Shown here piece after piece: positions 60,319 to 64,000 of a stretch of 64,000 bases of DNA. The translations under genes and the position numbers were made by a program. The notes under the pieces were generated by a model. That model was not told where the DNA came from. It saw only the letters and a list, made by a program, of their open reading frames with translations, and ran no database searches. The first letter of the stretch is position 1. Every line of letters starts with the position of its first letter. This DNA comes from an uncultured bacterium. Lineage in GTDB: Bacteria; Zhuqueibacterota; QNDG01; DTFT01. Where the stretch lies: NCBI GenBank assembly GCA_963736115.1, contig CAVTNR010000008.1:201111-265110 (forward strand). The letters run 5' to 3'.

Positions 60319-63300
60319 ATGATTTCCAGATCATCCATTCGAATGCATGTTCTTGGAATGGTCCTGCTCTCGGCGCAGTTAACGGCCCAGAACTATCTTT
60401 CGGGCCGCGTCTACAGCGGGAACAAGCCGGACGAAAGCACGCCCATCGCGAACGTCACCGTCACATTATACGGATCCGCGAATCCGGATGAACTGGGCGC
60501 GCAGATCGGAACCACCACAACCCAGGCGGGGACCGGCTGGTATCAGTTGCTGGCGCCCGAGGGTTATGAGTATTATCATATCGTGGAAACCACGCCGTCC
60601 GGTTATTCTTCCACGGGTGTTTCTTCCGTGGATGGGGACGCAATCAGCAATGACCATATCCGATACTCCATCCTGAGCGAGCCCCTGGCCGATCAAACGC
60701 TCACCGGCAACAAATTCTGGGACAGGCCCTATGCGCCCGACATCGAGGTGCGTTACGGTTCCGTTGTCATACCCGACGGCAGTGCCGCGCCTCAGGTTTC
60801 CAGCGGCACGGATTTCGGGTCCGTGGATGTCGCCTCCGGATCGGTGAGCAGAACCTATACCATTGAAAACATCGGCACCGCGGCCCTGACCGTCACCGGC
60901 GTCACTCTATCCGGGTCGGGTGATTTCACCGTCACGTCACAGCCGGGTTCACCCGTGGCTGCGGGCGCCAGTACGACCTTTGTCGTCCGGTTCGATCCGA
61001 GCGCAGCGGGCCTGCGCTCAGCTACGGTGAATATCGCCAACAATACGGCCAAGAATCCCTATGATTTCGCGATTCAGGGCACGGGCACGACGACCTCCGT
61101 TCTGGTCCCGGAGATCGATGTCAGAGGCAACGGCATTTCCATTGCGGATGGCGATTTGACACCGGGCACGGCGGATGACACGGATATGGGGAGTGTGGAA
61201 ATCGGCGCCGGAGCCGTATCTTCGACGTTTCTCATCCACAACACCGGATCGGCAACGCTCCATATTACGGGTGTGGATGTCAATCCGGACAATTACGGGG
61301 CTGCTGCGTCTTTCGGTATCAAACCCGGATGGTCGGGACCGACTCCTTCAATCGCTCCGGGCAATTCCGTGTCACTGGGCGTCGAATGTTATCCTTTCGC
61401 CGCGGGGACCTATGTCACAACAGTGACCATCAGTAATGACGATGCCGATGAAAATCCCTACACCTTCTGTGTCCAGGGCACGGGGACTGAAACACCTGCG
61501 ACGTCTTATGACTTCGGCGACGCGCCCTATGATCCCTCACAGGGGTGGAACTACCCGACAAGGCTCGCTCAAAATGGGGCGCGTCATGACCACTATAACG
61601 TCGCGGGTGAAGTTCAGTTGGGTGCAAAGGGCTCTGATACGGAGCCCGATGGACAGGCGAATGCCGATGCAACAGGAGATGATGATGACGGTAATGACGA
61701 TGAAGATGGCGTCATCCTGCCGGCGTTTTTCGTCCAGGGTCAGGCCGCCGCACTGACCATTGAAGCAACGGGACAAGATGGAATGATTATGGCACCGGTA
61801 TCCATTCGAGGATGGTTCGACTTCGACCGGAGCGGCACGTGGGAGGATCCCGGTGAGCGATACATCGACGGTTTCCTGAACGGAAAAGCCGCATATTCAG
61901 TCAACGTCCCTCTGAACGCGTCCATCGGGACAAGTTTTGCCCGATTCAGGGTGGGCCTGAATGATAATCCGGCCGGACCGGACGGGTATGGCGGTTACGG
62001 TGAGGTTGAAGATTATCAGATTGAAATCATTGAAGCGCAACGCGATTATGGCGACGCGCCAAGCCCCTACCCGGAAGCCTATCATCTTTTGGGCGGGTCG
62101 TGGCTGGGGGACATGAACGACGCGCCGGATGCCGAAACGGGCATGCAGCGCGACCCTCATGCATTGGGTGACGACAATGACGGTAATGATGATGAGAACG
62201 GCTTTTCCGTGAAAAACGGCTTTTTTGTGAAAAAGAGCGGCGTCTTCAACTTTATATATGTGGATTTGATTCTGGCAAAAACCGGCAACAGCCAAAGTCA
62301 ATGTTGGATCGACTTTAACGGCGATAAAGATTGGGATGATGCAGATGAATATATCGGTTGCTTTGTCTATTCCACCAATACCCCCTTTCTTGTTGCGTGG
62401 TATGGTTATGGTTTTTCTGTACCCGCAAACGCCATCATTGGCAAGACCATGGCGCGTGTCCGCATATCGAACGATCCCCTTGTGGGAATTTGTATGATGT
62501 CCCCTTCAGGTCCAGGCGGTCCCGGAGAAGTTGAAGATTTTGAAATTGAAATCAGAGAAGATGGCCCTGGCTTTCCTTCAGGAGGAATTATTTTCGGTAG
62601 AAAATGGAACGATGCAAACGGGAACGGATCATGGGACGCTAACGAATCGCCGCTTGCGGGATGGACCATTTGGCTCGATTTAAACCATAACGGCATGAAA
62701 GATACCGGAGAGCCCGAGAGCCAAACGGATCCGCAGGGTTACTTTTTCTTCCCGGGTCTGCAGCCCGGCACTTATGATGTGCACGAAGAGCTTGTCGGCA
62801 GCTGGGTGCAGACTTTTCCGGGAAATCCAAATTTTCATACCGTGGATGTCGATCCGAATCAGCCAAGTCTGGCAATTTTATTCGGCAATATAAACAATGG
62901 CACAGCAGGCGAACTTGATTTTGGCGATTTACCCCTTCCCTATTCTCAATTTGAGTGCTTGTCCGTGAATCCAAGTTATAAGATTGGGCAATTAATTGAT
63001 CCGGAGAATTCTGCTCAACCTGATGTCCATGCATTAGGTGACGATCATAATGGAATCGATGATGAGGATGGCGTTTTGTTCTTAACTTCGTTGAAGCCCG
63101 GACAAACTGCTACAGTTCAAATTGATTTGACCGGCGTAAGCCAGAATGTATCCCCCTGGCTGTGGGTCTGGATCGATTTTAATAAAAACTACGACAGGAC
63201 AGACGCGGGTGAAATCGTTTTTTTTCAAACTGTCACAGGAGGTTCAGCGCAAATATTTTCATTTACTGTCCCACTTTCAGCGACCCCGGGAACGACTTTT

Positions 63301-64000
63301 GCCAGATTTTTACTTGTTGACGCTGGCCCTTTGCCGCCAAACGGTTACCCGTTCGGTGAAGTAGAAGATTATGAAATTACCATCGAAACTGGCGAGGATC
63401 AGGAAAAGCCCGTCAAATGGTCCCAGCCGCCGGTTTACGACCTCATGCTGGACGATACGACCTTTTACTGGGGATGGAACGAGACTTCCATTTACTCGCA
63501 GTCCTTTCTTGCGGACGACTGGTTCTGCCATGACCCCAGACCCGTGACCTGTATCCGCTGGTGGGGAGCATACGCGAAATGGGATTCGCTGTTCTCTCCC
63601 CCTGACGCGCCTGCCTCTTTCCAGATCGGCGTGTGGACCGATGTGTCCGATGATTTGGAAACCGGGTTCAGCCATCCGGGTGAAATGGTGCGCGAATGGA
63701 TTGTCAGCCGGCATGCTGTTCAGGAAACGATCGATAAAACATATTATTTCAACGAGTTTATGGAGGCACCGTCACCCTGTTTCCGGTATACATATAATAT
63801 CCCGAAGAATGACTGGTTTTATCAGGAAGGCGATTCCACGGTTTACTGGTTGTCCATCGCTCCGATTTACGATACCCTTCCTGATTCAAACTTCTGGGGC
63901 TGGCTGACAAGGGAGCATTACTTCAATGATGACGCGGTGCGTGTTATGCAGCCTGCCGAGCCGCATCCGGGACATGTGTATGAAAACGGAGCCATGGTCT
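60319..64000 (+). CDS. Large secreted/surface protein (two choice-of-anchor-D/Ig-like units, three GEVED domains, SdrD-B-like domain); runs off the window end
   Basis: Not in the ORF track. The frame is open from ATG 60319 (MISRSSIRMHVLGMVLLSAQLTAQ) to 64000; DFGSV...ENIG...NPYDFAIQGTG units; D(F/Y)GD...GDD...DDE(D/N)G...GEVED(Y/F) three times; WNDANGNGSWDANE. Confidence 0.85.
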   Translation, partial: MISRSSIRMHVLGMVLLSAQLTAQNYLSGRVYSGNKPDESTPIANVTVTLYGSANPDELGAQIGTTTTQAGTGWYQLLAPEGYEYYHIVETTPSGYSSTGVSSVDGDAISNDHIRYSILSEPLADQTLTGNKFWDRPYAPDIEVRYGSVVIPDGSAAPQVSSGTDFGSVDVASGSVSRTYTIENIGTAALTVTGVTLSGSGDFTVTSQPGSPVAAGASTTFVVRFDPSAAGLRSATVNIANNTAKNPYDFAIQGTGTTTSVLVPEIDVRGNGISIADGDLTPGTADDTDMGSVEIGAGAVSSTFLIHNTGSATLHITGVDVNPDNYGAAASFGIKPGWSGPTPSIAPGNSVSLGVECYPFAAGTYVTTVTISNDDADENPYTFCVQGTGTETPATSYDFGDAPYDPSQGWNYPTRLAQNGARHDHYNVAGEVQLGAKGSDTEPDGQANADATGDDDDGNDDEDGVILPAFFVQGQAAALTIEATGQDGMIMAPVSIRGWFDFDRSGTWEDPGERYIDGFLNGKAAYSVNVPLNASIGTSFARFRVGLNDNPAGPDGYGGYGEVEDYQIEIIEAQRDYGDAPSPYPEAYHLLGGSWLGDMNDAPDAETGMQRDPHALGDDNDGNDDENGFSVKNGFFVKKSGVFNFIYVDLILAKTGNSQSQCWIDFNGDKDWDDADEYIGCFVYSTNTPFLVAWYGYGFSVPANAIIGKTMARVRISNDPLVGICMMSPSGPGGPGEVEDFEIEIREDGPGFPSGGIIFGRKWNDANGNGSWDANESPLAGWTIWLDLNHNGMKDTGEPESQTDPQGYFFFPGLQPGTYDVHEELVGSWVQTFPGNPNFHTVDVDPNQPSLAILFGNINNGTAGELDFGDLPLPYSQFECLSVNPSYKIGQLIDPENSAQPDVHALGDDHNGIDDEDGVLFLTSLKPGQTATVQIDLTGVSQNVSPWLWVWIDFNKNYDRTDAGEIVFFQTVTGGSAQIFSFTVPLSATPGTTFARFLLVDAGPLPPNGYPFGEVEDYEITIETGEDQEKPVKWSQPPVYDLMLDDTTFYWGWNETSIYSQSFLADDWFCHDPRPVTCIRWWGAYAKWDSLFSPPDAPASFQIGVWTDVSDDLETGFSHPGEMVREWIVSRHAVQETIDKTYYFNEFMEAPSPCFRYTYNIPKNDWFYQEGDSTVYWLSIAPIYDTLPDSNFWGWLTREHYFNDDAVRVMQPAEPHPGHVYENGAMV

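Overview
A GC-rich bacterial chromosomal window. The C-terminal YPNPFNP-type sorting domains, TonB receptor, group II GGGP synthase and [FeFe]-hydrogenases suggest an anaerobic FCB-superphylum organism, possibly KSB1/Calditrichota-like (inference). Left to right it contains: a partial treS; a Rex-boxed operon (rex, hydC, hydB, hydA, a sensory [FeFe]-hydrogenase fused to a histidine kinase, a receiver protein, a receiver-kinase hybrid) followed by a TonB receptor; a LacI/sugar isomerase/xylulokinase operon; six tRNAs with tadA and a large (Alu-type) SRP RNA; a housekeeping run from dnaX to hflX; a sigma54-driven envelope operon (Omp85-like barrel plus three DUF4097-like proteins); secreted multidomain proteins and higBA. 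After tRNA-Val lies a SynChlorMet-type RiPP cassette: two PqqD/RRE proteins, two radical SAM/SPASM enzymes and an ScmC-like P-loop protein fused to an S26 peptidase. It converges on a small Cys/Gly-repeat peptide with a YxxP leader, which is my top candidate for an undescribed system. Other highlights are an A9 slippage site in dnaX with nearby stops in both shifted frames, a 45-bp module nested in the hairpin loops of a larger repeat, and several REP-like and heptamer-palindrome families. Several accessory genes carry small frameshifts that are probably assembly errors.
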